32,000 nucleotides of DNA from Candidatus Saccharimonadota bacterium (GCF_002214165.1 NZ_CP019964.1:510001-542000); one strand, 5' to 3'. Positions 9,845 to 18,936 are shown, counted from the first letter of the stretch. The notes: generated from the letters alone by a model not told the origin. Translations and numbers: made by a program.

Positions 9845-11272
9845 TCACTGAAGATCGAATATCTTTCCAGGGTTAAGCATGCCCTTGGGATCGAATGCTT
9901 TCTTTATCCCTCTGAACAGGTCAAGGACTTCAAGGCTGTCCCTGTACTTGAGCTCATCCTTGAGATACTCCTTCTTCTCGTATCCTATTCCGTGCTCGGC
10001 CGACATGCTTCCTCCGTACTTTACCGCAATCATCGATATTTCTCTCTGCACGTCATCGGCTTTCTTTGCCTCCTCTGGGTTCTTCAGGTCCACTATTATG
10101 CTGTGGTGTATGTTGCCATCCCCGATGTGCCCGAATATCGTCATGTTCAGCTTGTACTTGTCTATAAGGGCGTTGATTTCCCTTATTGCATCTATCAGGT
10201 GTGTTGTTGGCATTGTCACATCCCCTGCTATCAATGACTGGTGCAGCTTTTGCGACTCGTCGTGCAGCACGTAATACATGTCCTGCCTTACCTTGAATAT
10301 CTGGCTGTCCGCCATCTTGGCTGGATCCGTTGTCACCTCCATGAATACGGGATTGGACTTTGACAGCACCTCCTTGGCCCTCTCTACCTCTGAATCCAAT
10401 GCAGCTTTCTGCGATGCTATATCAACCATAAGTACCGCGTTAGCCCCTTCTGGGAAAGGAATGTTTGCCCTGTTCCTCTTAATCGCTGCCATTGCTGATT
10501 CGCCTAGGAACTCCGCGCTTATCACTTGCAAGTTGGTCTTAAGTATGTTCTGCGTCGCCTCCCCATTCGATTCGTCAGTCTTGAAATAGCATCCAATCCT
10601 GAACGTTGCCTCTGGTATTGGAGTTATGTGCAATATCGCCTTTGTGATTATCGCAAGAGTGCCTTCGCTGCCAACAATGAGCTGCGTCAGGTTGTATCCG
10701 CTGTTGTCCTTTACTGTGCGCGATCCTAACTGCAACACCTTTCCGTTTGCGAGCACGACTTCAATCCCAAGCACCCAAGTCCTTGTGACACCCGTTGATA
10801 CTGCTCTCATTCCTCCCGCATTTGTTGAAAGCGACCCTCCCACGCTTGCAACCTTTGAGCTTGCAGGGTCTGGGGGGTAGAAGAATCCATCCTTTGCCAA
10901 TTGCGCATTCAGGTCATCCAAAACTACATACGGCTCTGTCACAACGTATCTGGCCGGCAGGTTGACTTCCAGCACCTTGTTCATCCTTGTTAAATCAAGG
11001 ACTATGCTGTCCTTGACAGGCACTGTGCATCCTGTCAATCCCGTCCCTGAATCCCTTGCAACCACTTTTATATCGTTATCATAGCATAGCTTCATTACCT
11101 TGGAAACATCATCCGTGCTTCCCGGCCTGCACACCGCTATCGGCATCTCTCCTACATAATCCGATGCATCGTGCCTGAAAGGCTCTTTCTTTGAATCGTC
11201 GAGCAAGACATTCTCGGCCCCTATGGCTCCCACCAAGCCTTTAGTAAAATTCGCATATTTTTCTTCCACCAT
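9845..11272 (-). CDS. FAD-linked oxidoreductase (GlcD / D-lactate dehydrogenase family)
   Basis: The 475-aa ORF has the FAD_binding_4-type N-terminal half (ARDSGTGLTGCTVP, GGSLSTNAGG). The C-terminal half (GHIGDGNIHH, SAEHGIGYEK, DPKGMLNPGK) is typical of GlcD/D-LDH. Confidence 0.85.
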   Translation of the reverse strand: MVEEKYANFTKGLVGAIGAENVLLDDSKKEPFRHDASDYVGEMPIAVCRPGSTDDVSKVMKLCYDNDIKVVARDSGTGLTGCTVPVKDSIVLDLTRMNKVLEVNLPARYVVTEPYVVLDDLNAQLAKDGFFYPPDPASSKVASVGGSLSTNAGGMRAVSTGVTRTWVLGIEVVLANGKVLQLGSRTVKDNSGYNLTQLIVGSEGTLAIITKAILHITPIPEATFRIGCYFKTDESNGEATQNILKTNLQVISAEFLGESAMAAIKRNRANIPFPEGANAVLMVDIASQKAALDSEVERAKEVLSKSNPVFMEVTTDPAKMADSQIFKVRQDMYYVLHDESQKLHQSLIAGDVTMPTTHLIDAIREINALIDKYKLNMTIFGHIGDGNIHHSIIVDLKNPEEAKKADDVQREISMIAVKYGGSMSAEHGIGYEKKEYLKDELKYRDSLEVLDLFRGIKKAFDPKGMLNPGKIFDLQ

Positions 11273-11360
11273 TTTATTACCGATTATTTATAGTTAAATA
11301 AATTTATAAATATTAATGAGATTGCCTTTATACATTAGGTCATGGATGCCTGCTTGAAAA

Positions 11361-12041
11361 TCAGATATGCTTCTTGAACTCCTCCATGCTTCTGAATATG
11401 TAGGTCGGATCGGATTCCTTAAGGTCCTCCTTCCTGTCAAGTCCATCTGCTATTGCACAGCTTGCGACTCCAGCCCTCTTCGCGGTTACTATGTCATCCA
11501 CCATGTCTCCTATGTAAAGGGTTCTTTTCTTGTCGGCACTTATACCTTTTATAAGGACCTCCAATCCAAGTGGGTTGGGCTTCAGCCTGTTGACCGACTG
11601 GGCGCTCAGCATTGCGGTGAAGTAATCGCCTATCTTAAGCATCTCCGCCTCCTTCATTATCCTATCCACATTCCCATTGGTGAACACTGCTACCGTTTTC
11701 CCTTTATCGTTCATCTCCTGCAGCATTTCCCTGACTCCGTTGTGCAGCCTTGGCCTTGTAAAAGAGAGTACAATGTTGATTGCAAGCGCATAGACCTTGT
11801 TCTTTATGTCCCTCTCAACTTTCCTCATTTTCCTTGAATCCCTGAAGTATATCTTGTAAAGCAGGCTTCCGGAGTTCTTTACCTCGTTCTTGACATTTCC
11901 CAGGTGCTTCATGCTCTCCCTGCGCTTGAACAGCAGCCTGAAATCCAGCTTTGAATCGAGCTTGCGCAGCTCTGTAGTTGTTATTATTGTCCCGTCCCAA
12001 TCAAATATGAATGTGTCATATTTTTCTGCAAGCCCTCTCAT
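11361..12041 (-). CDS. HAD-superfamily hydrolase (phosphoglycolate-phosphatase-like subfamily IA)
   Basis: HAD motif I is FIFDWDGTI, motif II is VFTNG, and motif III/IV is K...GDMVDDIVTAKRAG. The preferred ATG at 12041 overlaps the leuS TGA by 1 nt (cTGAtg). The ORF track starts at GTG 12050. Confidence 0.8.
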   Translation of the reverse strand: MRGLAEKYDTFIFDWDGTIITTTELRKLDSKLDFRLLFKRRESMKHLGNVKNEVKNSGSLLYKIYFRDSRKMRKVERDIKNKVYALAINIVLSFTRPRLHNGVREMLQEMNDKGKTVAVFTNGNVDRIMKEAEMLKIGDYFTAMLSAQSVNRLKPNPLGLEVLIKGISADKKRTLYIGDMVDDIVTAKRAGVASCAIADGLDRKEDLKESDPTYIFRSMEEFKKHI

Positions 12042-14878
12042 CAGCCCCACTCCAGGATTATGGCGGGGCTTGTTGGGGAAGCCCGGAATGCCCTGCCCGA
12101 ATCTGATTCCGCCTCTTTCTTTACCGATACCTCGAACATGTTATTTAGTTTGGATTTTATGTAGTCCTTCGATGAATTCAGCGTATTGTATTCGTCTTCA
12201 GATCCGTATTGCAAATCAGACAATGAATTTACGCTCTTGATCAATGATGACAGGTACTTTGAGAGGCTTTCCTTGCTTGTTGCTGAGAATTCCGGCAGGT
12301 TGATAACCTTTGACATGCTCTTGTACTCCTTCAGCTTGGCATATGCCTTGAACTTCCAATCGTCCGCAACTATTATTTCCGCTGACTTGACCGATTTGCC
12401 ATTGTTGGCATCCATCTTTGATGTCAATTTCATAGTATTTGCTATGTCTTCTATCGTGGAGTTCAGCAGGCCCTCAAGCTGCTCTACCGAATCGTCTATC
12501 AAGCTCGCTTCAGGCTCTGGCCACTGCTGCTTTGACACGAATGTGTCGTTGCCCATCAGATGCCACAGTTCTTCCGCATTGTAAGGCATCACAGGTGAAA
12601 GCATCAGTATTACCTTGCTTAAGAAGTCACTCACCACTATTGAATTGTCTCCTCCTCTTTCTAAGTAGTACCTCAGTTCATTGATGGACCCGTAGAATAT
12701 CGATATGTAGGCATCCCGTAGGTTGAACTTCTCGACCATTTCGGTTGCATCTCTTATCTTCCTGTTCAATTTCGAGTACAGCCAAAAGTCTATTGCCTTT
12801 AGTTCTCCTGAACCCATGCCTTTAAGCTTCTCCACTGCGGAATACAGGTAATCTATCTTCTGGTTTACGCTGTTTACGCTTTCGGTGTTAAACTCAGCTA
12901 CCTGGTCCAGGTCTGAATTCACTATCTCTATGAACCTCAGTGTATCCGCCCCGTAAAGCTCTATTCCTTTCATTATCGGTATAACATTGCCTAGGCTTTT
13001 GCTCATCTTTACCCCTTCGTAGTTGACCAACCCATTGACAACTATCTGCTTTGGCCAATACTCTTCTGGGAATACTGCAAGATGGTTATATATGTACATC
13101 GTCAGGTGGTTAAACACCAGGTCCGATGCTGAATGCCTTGAAGTGAACTTGTACCAGTATGAGAATGAGTCCCTGCACTTCTTTAATACCTCATAGTCTA
13201 TGCCTGTCGATTTTGACACCTCGTTGGCATCAAGCTTTCCGTAAACAACATAATCAAAGAAGTCTCCGTTAAGCTGTTCCGGCTTGGCCACACTTGACAG
13301 CACCGTATTTGATATTGTGTAGAACATTGGGTATATTGTGGAATCGGAGAGGGATTCTATTATGTGGCCATTGTCCAATGGGAACTTTGTGCCTAATCCC
13401 TGCGCCCTTTCCGCGGCCCTCAGGTCTATCCAGTCAACGGCAGCCATAAAGGCGTTTCTTGTCTTTTCAGGGTATATCAGCATCTCTGGTACATAGCTCT
13501 TTGTCTCCTCTTTCCAGCTTTTTTCTCCGTAATTTATGAACCATTGGTTCTTTACCGTGTGTACGACTACCCTTGCACCGCACCTGCAATACACAGGCTC
13601 CTCGTTTGATATTATGCTTACGTCAAATGCTTTGCCGCTTGAGGTTAGGTCCTTGCTTATTAATTCCCTCGCCTCATTTACTCCTTTGCCCTTGTAGTCG
13701 CCTATTAACATTGTGCCTTTGCGCAGCTCGTCCCTGTAGATATCCTTTGTTGCTGCATCAACATCATAGCTTCCATCCTCCTTTTTCTTGCCGTTTAGGT
13801 ACTGCAGCGCAGGTGTCTCCGATGACTTCGATTCGTCCGGAGTTTCAAGGCACCTTATGTAGTCTTCGTATTTTACCCCTGTATCATAATTTGAATCCTT
13901 CAGCTTTTCCAGCTCATTGTAATCAAAAGGCGCATGCGAAGGTACACTCATCACTACACCTGTTGCAAAATCCGGCTTCACAAAGGATCCCGGCAATACA
14001 GGCACCTCCTTGCCGTCCATTGGGTTTATCGCTTTCCTTGCCAAAAGTTCCTCCCCGCTTATCTCGGATACCGCATCCATGTCAAACTGGTACTTTAGGA
14101 TTCCGAAAGCTTCCTTGCTCATGTACACCTTTGTGCCCTTCATATCCGCTATGACATATTGCACCTTTGGGTTTACGAAAAGATTGGTGACTCCGTATAT
14201 TGTTTCGGGCCTGTATGTGGCGCATGCGAAATAAGCATCGGAACTTGAATCCTTGAACTTTATTGCGACCAGCTTTGATATTTCAGGCTGTACATCGCCC
14301 TTCGTATCGTGCTGCCCTACAGCATTGCCCTCATTAGGGCACCACCCTACTGGATGCTCCCCAGTAACCAAAAGCTTTTTCTCATTGAGCTTTGAGAACT
14401 GCCATTCAACCATCTTGCTGAAAAAAGGGTTTATGGAATCGAACTTTCTCCTCCAGTCTACGCTGAACCCAGCATGCCTCATCCCTTCTTCGGTTATCTT
14501 CTCAAAGTAATCTGCCAGGAAGTAAGGATCGGACATCTTCTTGATGACCTCGGCATCCTCCACCCCCAGCTTCTTTAGCACACCTATTATTTCGGGCTCG
14601 TTTGATGCAATCCTCTTTGATATTGCGAGTATTGGCGTTCCGGTTTTATGGAAAGCCATAGGGTAAAGGACATTGAATCCTCTCATCCTCTTGTATCTTG
14701 CGTAGAAGTCGGCTGTGCCATAAGTCCTAAGGTGGCCTATATGAAGAGGCATATCCACATATGGAAATGCTGCAGTTACCAAAATCCCTTCCTTGTCATT
14801 GACATCAGATTCGAATAATTTGGCTTTCTCCCACTCAGATAGCCACTTTGACTGTATGCTGTTATGATCAATCATCAA
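12041..14878 (-). CDS. leuS: Leucyl-tRNA synthetase, archaeal type
   Basis: The 945-aa ORF carries the HIGH motif (PLHIGHLRTY) and the KMSKS motif (VKMSKSLGN). It has a CP1 editing insertion and a long archaeal C-terminal extension. Confidence 0.97.
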   Translation of the reverse strand: MMIDHNSIQSKWLSEWEKAKLFESDVNDKEGILVTAAFPYVDMPLHIGHLRTYGTADFYARYKRMRGFNVLYPMAFHKTGTPILAISKRIASNEPEIIGVLKKLGVEDAEVIKKMSDPYFLADYFEKITEEGMRHAGFSVDWRRKFDSINPFFSKMVEWQFSKLNEKKLLVTGEHPVGWCPNEGNAVGQHDTKGDVQPEISKLVAIKFKDSSSDAYFACATYRPETIYGVTNLFVNPKVQYVIADMKGTKVYMSKEAFGILKYQFDMDAVSEISGEELLARKAINPMDGKEVPVLPGSFVKPDFATGVVMSVPSHAPFDYNELEKLKDSNYDTGVKYEDYIRCLETPDESKSSETPALQYLNGKKKEDGSYDVDAATKDIYRDELRKGTMLIGDYKGKGVNEARELISKDLTSSGKAFDVSIISNEEPVYCRCGARVVVHTVKNQWFINYGEKSWKEETKSYVPEMLIYPEKTRNAFMAAVDWIDLRAAERAQGLGTKFPLDNGHIIESLSDSTIYPMFYTISNTVLSSVAKPEQLNGDFFDYVVYGKLDANEVSKSTGIDYEVLKKCRDSFSYWYKFTSRHSASDLVFNHLTMYIYNHLAVFPEEYWPKQIVVNGLVNYEGVKMSKSLGNVIPIMKGIELYGADTLRFIEIVNSDLDQVAEFNTESVNSVNQKIDYLYSAVEKLKGMGSGELKAIDFWLYSKLNRKIRDATEMVEKFNLRDAYISIFYGSINELRYYLERGGDNSIVVSDFLSKVILMLSPVMPYNAEELWHLMGNDTFVSKQQWPEPEASLIDDSVEQLEGLLNSTIEDIANTMKLTSKMDANNGKSVKSAEIIVADDWKFKAYAKLKEYKSMSKVINLPEFSATSKESLSKYLSSLIKSVNSLSDLQYGSEDEYNTLNSSKDYIKSKLNNMFEVSVKKEAESDSGRAFRASPTSPAIILEWG

Positions 14879-15013
14879 GATGCACCCTTTAAATGTCCAA
14901 TTAGATTGATTGGTTATTATTTTTATTTATATTGTTTGTATTAATGCCTTTTGCATTTTAAATACTTGTCTTTAGACAGCAAATATCCGCTAATATTATG
15001 CTTGGCAAATTTG

Positions 15014-15245
15014 GTGACATCCTCCCACCTGTAAACAGTGTGGGCTTCCGGGGTGGTTATGATTTGTCATCATGATGCCACCCAGGTAGTTCCTGCTTCA
15101 TAGGCAACTGCCTCCCCTGCGGAAGGTCTTATGTCGTCTCTGCAAGCTTGACTTCCCGAATGCCCTTCGGTAGTTGGACTGATAGAGTCCAAAGCCCTTT
15201 TGAGTATATTCTGTGCCGCATTCACATCCCTGTCCATTGACATCC
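15014..15245 (-). mobile_element. IS200/IS605-family relic: tnpB 3' fragment plus right-end hairpin (omega-RNA-like module)
   Basis: The minus-strand frame 15243..15070 reads MSMDRDVNAAQNILKRALDSISPTTEGHSGSQACRDDIRPSAGEAVAYEAGTTWVAS*, a TnpB C-terminal DRDxNAAxNIL motif. It is followed by GAAGCCCACACTGTTTACAGGTGGGAGGATGTCAC, ending at 15014. The same terminal motif ends the element at 21135. Confidence 0.75.
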
Positions 15246-15476
15246 CGGATCCTCTAAATTAATTATAAGTGAGCTTCTTTTTAGACCAATCTCCTCTATT
15301 AGCTTTAAAATTATACTTGACTTGCCAGATCCCCTTATTCCTTTTACAACATTCACAGTAGGTACCTTGATGTTACTTTTAAGGGTAGCTATCGCATCTC
15401 TTTCATTTAGCTTGGTCTTAAAGTTGCCCCAATAATTGTAATCGTTCAGAATTTCAATAATCTTATCTGCATCCAT
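15222..15476 (-). pseudogene. Truncated AAA ATPase (AAA_14/DUF4143-type archaeal ATPase), N-terminal 84 codons only
   Basis: A Walker A-like GIRGSGKSS is followed by IINLEDP, the usual start of the rest of this roughly 400-aa family. The reading frame then runs into the tnpB relic and stops after 7 unrelated codons. Confidence 0.65.
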
Positions 15477-15514
15477 TATAATAAATTTATTTTATATAGG
15501 GGGATATTTAAATT

Positions 15515-15557
15515 TGACTCATGCATAAGTCATTTTATTATAAATATGACTCATGCA
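15515..15557. promoter_or_regulatory. Direct repeat of TGACTCATGCA, 32 bp apart (candidate operator)
   Basis: Exact 11-mers lie at 15515-15525 and 15547-15557. The second is embedded in the pseudo-palindrome ATGACTCAT. They lie 40-80 bp upstream of the minus-strand ATPase fragment start. Confidence 0.3.
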
Positions 15558-15763
15558 ATTATATATTTATGGTAAAATTTGCCATCTAAAGAAGTACAAA
15601 TACAAATCGACCACTTGTAAATATATACAACAATTTCATAAATTTATTCATCTTATCTTAATTTTATTATTATGATAACATCTGCACTTAGGCCAATTGA
15701 ATTGCAATAGGGAGGGATATCTTGCCATGACTGGGTATGGATTTCACAACTGAAAACTAGATA

Positions 15764-15930
15764 TTAACAAAGTGAGCGGGAAATCCCACACGCTTCAGCG
15801 GTGGGATATAAGCCACTGCATAAATAGAAAGCCCCTTTTCCATCGGGGCGTATTGGCATCTGTTGTGTTTCACTTTGACTTCCTAAGATTACTTGGGAAG
15901 CTCACAGCCTTTAGGTGTTGGGGATATCAC
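15764..15930 (+). mobile_element. Non-autonomous IS200/IS605-derived element (PATE/MITE-like), diverged copy
   Basis: The 5' terminus TTAACAAAGTGAG plus hairpin CCCACACGCTTCAGCGGTGGG is shared with 20848. The 3' terminus GAAGCTCACAGCCTTTAGGTGTTGGGGATATCAC is a degenerate version of the right-end motif at 21100-21135. It has no ORF. Confidence 0.6.
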
Positions 15931-16021
15931 AAGTGCCTAAGAATTCAACTTCTTAGCCTTTTGCATTTTGCAAATCAATAAATATATATTTTTAGCATCA
16001 CAATAGTACCTGTGCATTAAA

Positions 16022-16465
16022 ATGCCAAAGAGATACAATTTGACAAAATTTGACGTTCTTTCGAATGCAATACACAAGCTTTCAGTAAAAGATTCGAGCA
16101 TGGAATCAAAGAGGGATACGCGCAATGCAGACGCGTACAAATTTTCGGATGAGGATAATTTACTAAAGGCAGAAGCGATAATAATTGCTTCTTTTTCATC
16201 AGGGCACTCGTGGAAGACTTACAACGCCCTTACCAACAGGAGCATTGAGTTGAATTCCGACGAAGTGAAATCAGATTACAAAGAAGCGGAGAAAGAGAAG
16301 TGGAAGAGCATATCCGAATCTGACATAAAGGAGATACTGAACCTAAGGATATCTGATAACCTGTTCATGCAGTGGCTTTTCTTCAACGTGGACAAGGATG
16401 AACGTGAAATATACAAAAAGGCATGGGGCAAAATAAAGGAAGAGTTTGAGGAAATGTGCGATTAA
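16022..16465 (+). CDS. Hypothetical protein
   Basis: This 147-aa ATG-initiated ORF has no recognisable motif and is charged and helical-looking. It lies 91 bp downstream of the PATE-like element. Confidence 0.45.
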   Translation: MPKRYNLTKFDVLSNAIHKLSVKDSSMESKRDTRNADAYKFSDEDNLLKAEAIIIASFSSGHSWKTYNALTNRSIELNSDEVKSDYKEAEKEKWKSISESDIKEILNLRISDNLFMQWLFFNVDKDEREIYKKAWGKIKEEFEEMCD

Positions 16466-16575
16466 TCCTATCGTAAAACCTGGTGCTCCGAAACTTCCGC
16501 AAATCAAAAACCTGTCATAAAAACAGCATTTTCTAATGCATGGTTGTTATGGTTTTGTGACGTAAAACTTTAATA

Positions 16576-16594
16576 AAAAGGGTTACCCTTTTTT
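16576..16594 (+). terminator. Hairpin plus T-run (AAAAGGG-TTA-CCCTTTT TT), candidate terminator or leader element
   Basis: A perfect 7-bp stem with a 3-nt loop is followed by extra T residues. It lies between the 16022 ORF and nrdJ. A TTTTTATATC TATA-like box follows at about 16603-16612. Confidence 0.35.
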
Positions 16595-16632
16595 CAAATC
16601 GGTTTTTATATCTATTTTAAAAATTTTAGGAT

Positions 16633-18930
16633 GTGGGTGAAATGTCAGCAAATAAAATTAGCACAAAAGTGGTAAAAAGAAACGGAAATGTGGTTGAATT
16701 TGACGAGAATCACATATTCGATGCAATACTAAAGGCGTTCAAGAGCGTCTATCCTGACAAATCTGCATCTTACACCAAAGAGCATACAGAGGAAGTAACA
16801 AAATCTGTTGTAAATGCCATATCTGGAATGAAGAAGGCAAAGATAAAAGTGGAGGAGATACAGGATATCGTGGAGAGCAAGCTTATGGGAAGCGAGCCAA
16901 AGGTCGCAAAGGCCTACATATTATACAGGCACAAGCATGCACAGGTAAGGCTTTTCAAGTCATCGCTTGGAATAGAGGATGACGACCTTAAGATGCCGTT
17001 GAACTCGTTGATAGTCCTGGCGGCCAGGTACCTGCTCAAGAATGAGGACGGCTCTTTGAAGGAAACACCAAAGCAGCTGTTCACCAGAGTTGCAAAGGCA
17101 GTAGCTTCTGCTGAAAAGAATTATGGAAAATCGGATGAGGAAGTTGAAAAGATAGAGCGCGAGTTCTACGAGGATATGACGCATTTCAATTTCATGCCCA
17201 ACTCCCCAACCCTGTTCAATGCGGGAACGCCATTAGGGCAGCTCTCCGCTTGCTTCGTCCTTCCGATTGATGATTCGATGGGAGGCATATTTGATTCATT
17301 GAAGAACACCGCATTGATACACCAGTCTGGAGGCGGCACGGGCTTTTCATTCTCGAGGATAAGGCCCGAAAATGATTTCGTGAAAAGCACTGGCGGAGTA
17401 GCCTCAGGGCCGATATCTTTCATGAAGATATTCGATGCGGCAACGCAGGAAATAAAGCAGGGAGGCAAGAGAAGGGGGGCGAATATGGGAATATTGAGGA
17501 TCGACCACCCAGACATACTGAATTTCATAGTCGCAAAGGAGAACGAAGGAGTTCTCCGCAACTTTAACATATCCGTTGCTATAACAGACGATTTCATGAG
17601 AACACTGCAGTCTGGGTCCGATTACAACCTTATAAATCCGAGGACACAGAAGGTAATGGGAAAGCTTAACTCAAATGCTGTATGGAACCTTATAGTCACC
17701 ATGGCATGGAAAACAGGTGACCCCGGACTTGTGTTCATTGACAGGATGAACTCGACTTACTCGAACCCAGTTCCGAAGTACGGGCCTATAGAATCTACGA
17801 ATCCGTGTGGGGAGCAGCCATTGTACCCATATGATTCATGCAATCTTGGATCAATAAACCTTGCCAACATGGTCAGAAGGGAGGATGGAAAGAGGGAAAT
17901 CGATTGGTCAAAGCTGAAGCACACTATTCAATTGGGGACCAGGTTCCTGGACGATGTCATTGATGCCAACAAGTACCCAATACCCGAGATAGACAGGGTG
18001 AGCAGGGCAATAAGGAGGATAGGCCTAGGTGTCATGGGATGGGCTGACATGCTCATAGAATTAGGGATAAGGTATGACAGCAATGAGGCACTTATCCTTG
18101 CGGAGAACGTAATGGGGTTCATAACCGAAACGGCAAGGAAAGCAAGCGAGGACCTGGCGAAGGAGAAAGGAGAGTTTCCGGAATTCAAGAACAGCATCTG
18201 GTACAAGCTTGGCTACCCTCCATTGAGGAACTCCACTGTCACAACCATCGCCCCTACGGGAACGATAAGCATAATATCCGGAGGAGTGTCGCAGGGAATA
18301 GAGCCTATATTCTCCGTTGTGTACATGAGGAACGTCCATGAGAGCCTTGGATCTGACCTAATAGAAGTGAACAACGAGTTTGAGAATTATTCGATAGAAG
18401 AGGGATTCTATTCCGATGAGCTTATGAAGAAGATAGCCGGAAAGAACTCAATACAGGAGGTGGAAGAGATACCGGAAAGCATAAGGAAGATATTTGTTAC
18501 GGCGTATGATGTCCCTCCTGAATGGCACGTGAAGATGCAGGCGGCATTCCAAAAGCATACCGACAATGCAGTGTCAAAGACGATAAACTTCCCTTCCTAT
18601 GCAACACCCCAGGACATAGAGAAGGCTTACCTGCTTTCCTATAAGCTTGGATGCAAGGGAATCACCGTATACAGGGATAAGAGCAAGTCGGTGCAGGTCC
18701 TTGAGCTCGTCAACCAGCAGTCATCGAAGCAGTCGTCCCTTGCAGAGTCAAGGGCAAAGCACACCGCCGGAACGTCACACGAAGTTTCGCTGGACGAGGT
18801 AAAAAGGTCCGCTGTGAACTACCAGATCTCAGGCGACAAGGAGACATTGTGCCCTGAATGCGGGACTCCAATGATAGCGAGCGAAGGCTGCTACACCTGC
18901 CCTAACTGCGGCTACAGCAAATGCGAGTGA
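16633..18930 (+). CDS. nrdJ: Class II (adenosylcobalamin-dependent) ribonucleotide reductase with N-terminal ATP-cone and C-terminal zinc ribbon
   Basis: An ATP-cone (VVKRNGNVVEFDENHIFDAILKAF) opens the protein. The active-site segment is STNPCGEQPLYPYDSCNLGSINL. The C-terminus is CPECG...CYTCPNCGYSKCE. The start is GTG 16633 or ATG 16642. Confidence 0.92.
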   Translation: MGEMSANKISTKVVKRNGNVVEFDENHIFDAILKAFKSVYPDKSASYTKEHTEEVTKSVVNAISGMKKAKIKVEEIQDIVESKLMGSEPKVAKAYILYRHKHAQVRLFKSSLGIEDDDLKMPLNSLIVLAARYLLKNEDGSLKETPKQLFTRVAKAVASAEKNYGKSDEEVEKIEREFYEDMTHFNFMPNSPTLFNAGTPLGQLSACFVLPIDDSMGGIFDSLKNTALIHQSGGGTGFSFSRIRPENDFVKSTGGVASGPISFMKIFDAATQEIKQGGKRRGANMGILRIDHPDILNFIVAKENEGVLRNFNISVAITDDFMRTLQSGSDYNLINPRTQKVMGKLNSNAVWNLIVTMAWKTGDPGLVFIDRMNSTYSNPVPKYGPIESTNPCGEQPLYPYDSCNLGSINLANMVRREDGKREIDWSKLKHTIQLGTRFLDDVIDANKYPIPEIDRVSRAIRRIGLGVMGWADMLIELGIRYDSNEALILAENVMGFITETARKASEDLAKEKGEFPEFKNSIWYKLGYPPLRNSTVTTIAPTGTISIISGGVSQGIEPIFSVVYMRNVHESLGSDLIEVNNEFENYSIEEGFYSDELMKKIAGKNSIQEVEEIPESIRKIFVTAYDVPPEWHVKMQAAFQKHTDNAVSKTINFPSYATPQDIEKAYLLSYKLGCKGITVYRDKSKSVQVLELVNQQSSKQSSLAESRAKHTAGTSHEVSLDEVKRSAVNYQISGDKETLCPECGTPMIASEGCYTCPNCGYSKCE

Positions 18931-18936
18931 GAGGTT

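Noticed and set aside
12186-14510. Multiple 70-190-aa + strand ORFs inside leuS. Similar antisense ORFs lie inside the FAD oxidase, lonB, nrdJ, top6A and gdh-like genes.
   Set aside because: All are antisense to long, motif-rich, confidently identified genes. Their translations are low-complexity (S/L/P/C-rich), as expected for shadow frames.
15004-15013. AAATTTGCCA next to the IS right end, also found at 15587-15596, as a possible target-site duplication
   Set aside because: It is only a 10-mer, in opposite orientation. IS200/IS605 elements do not generate target duplications.
15772-15981. 69-aa + strand ORF, with overlapping small ORFs at 15937-16199
   Set aside because: It coincides with the PATE-like element, whose sequence is explained by the hairpin termini. 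The neighbouring short ORFs overlap each other and the better-supported 16022 ORF.
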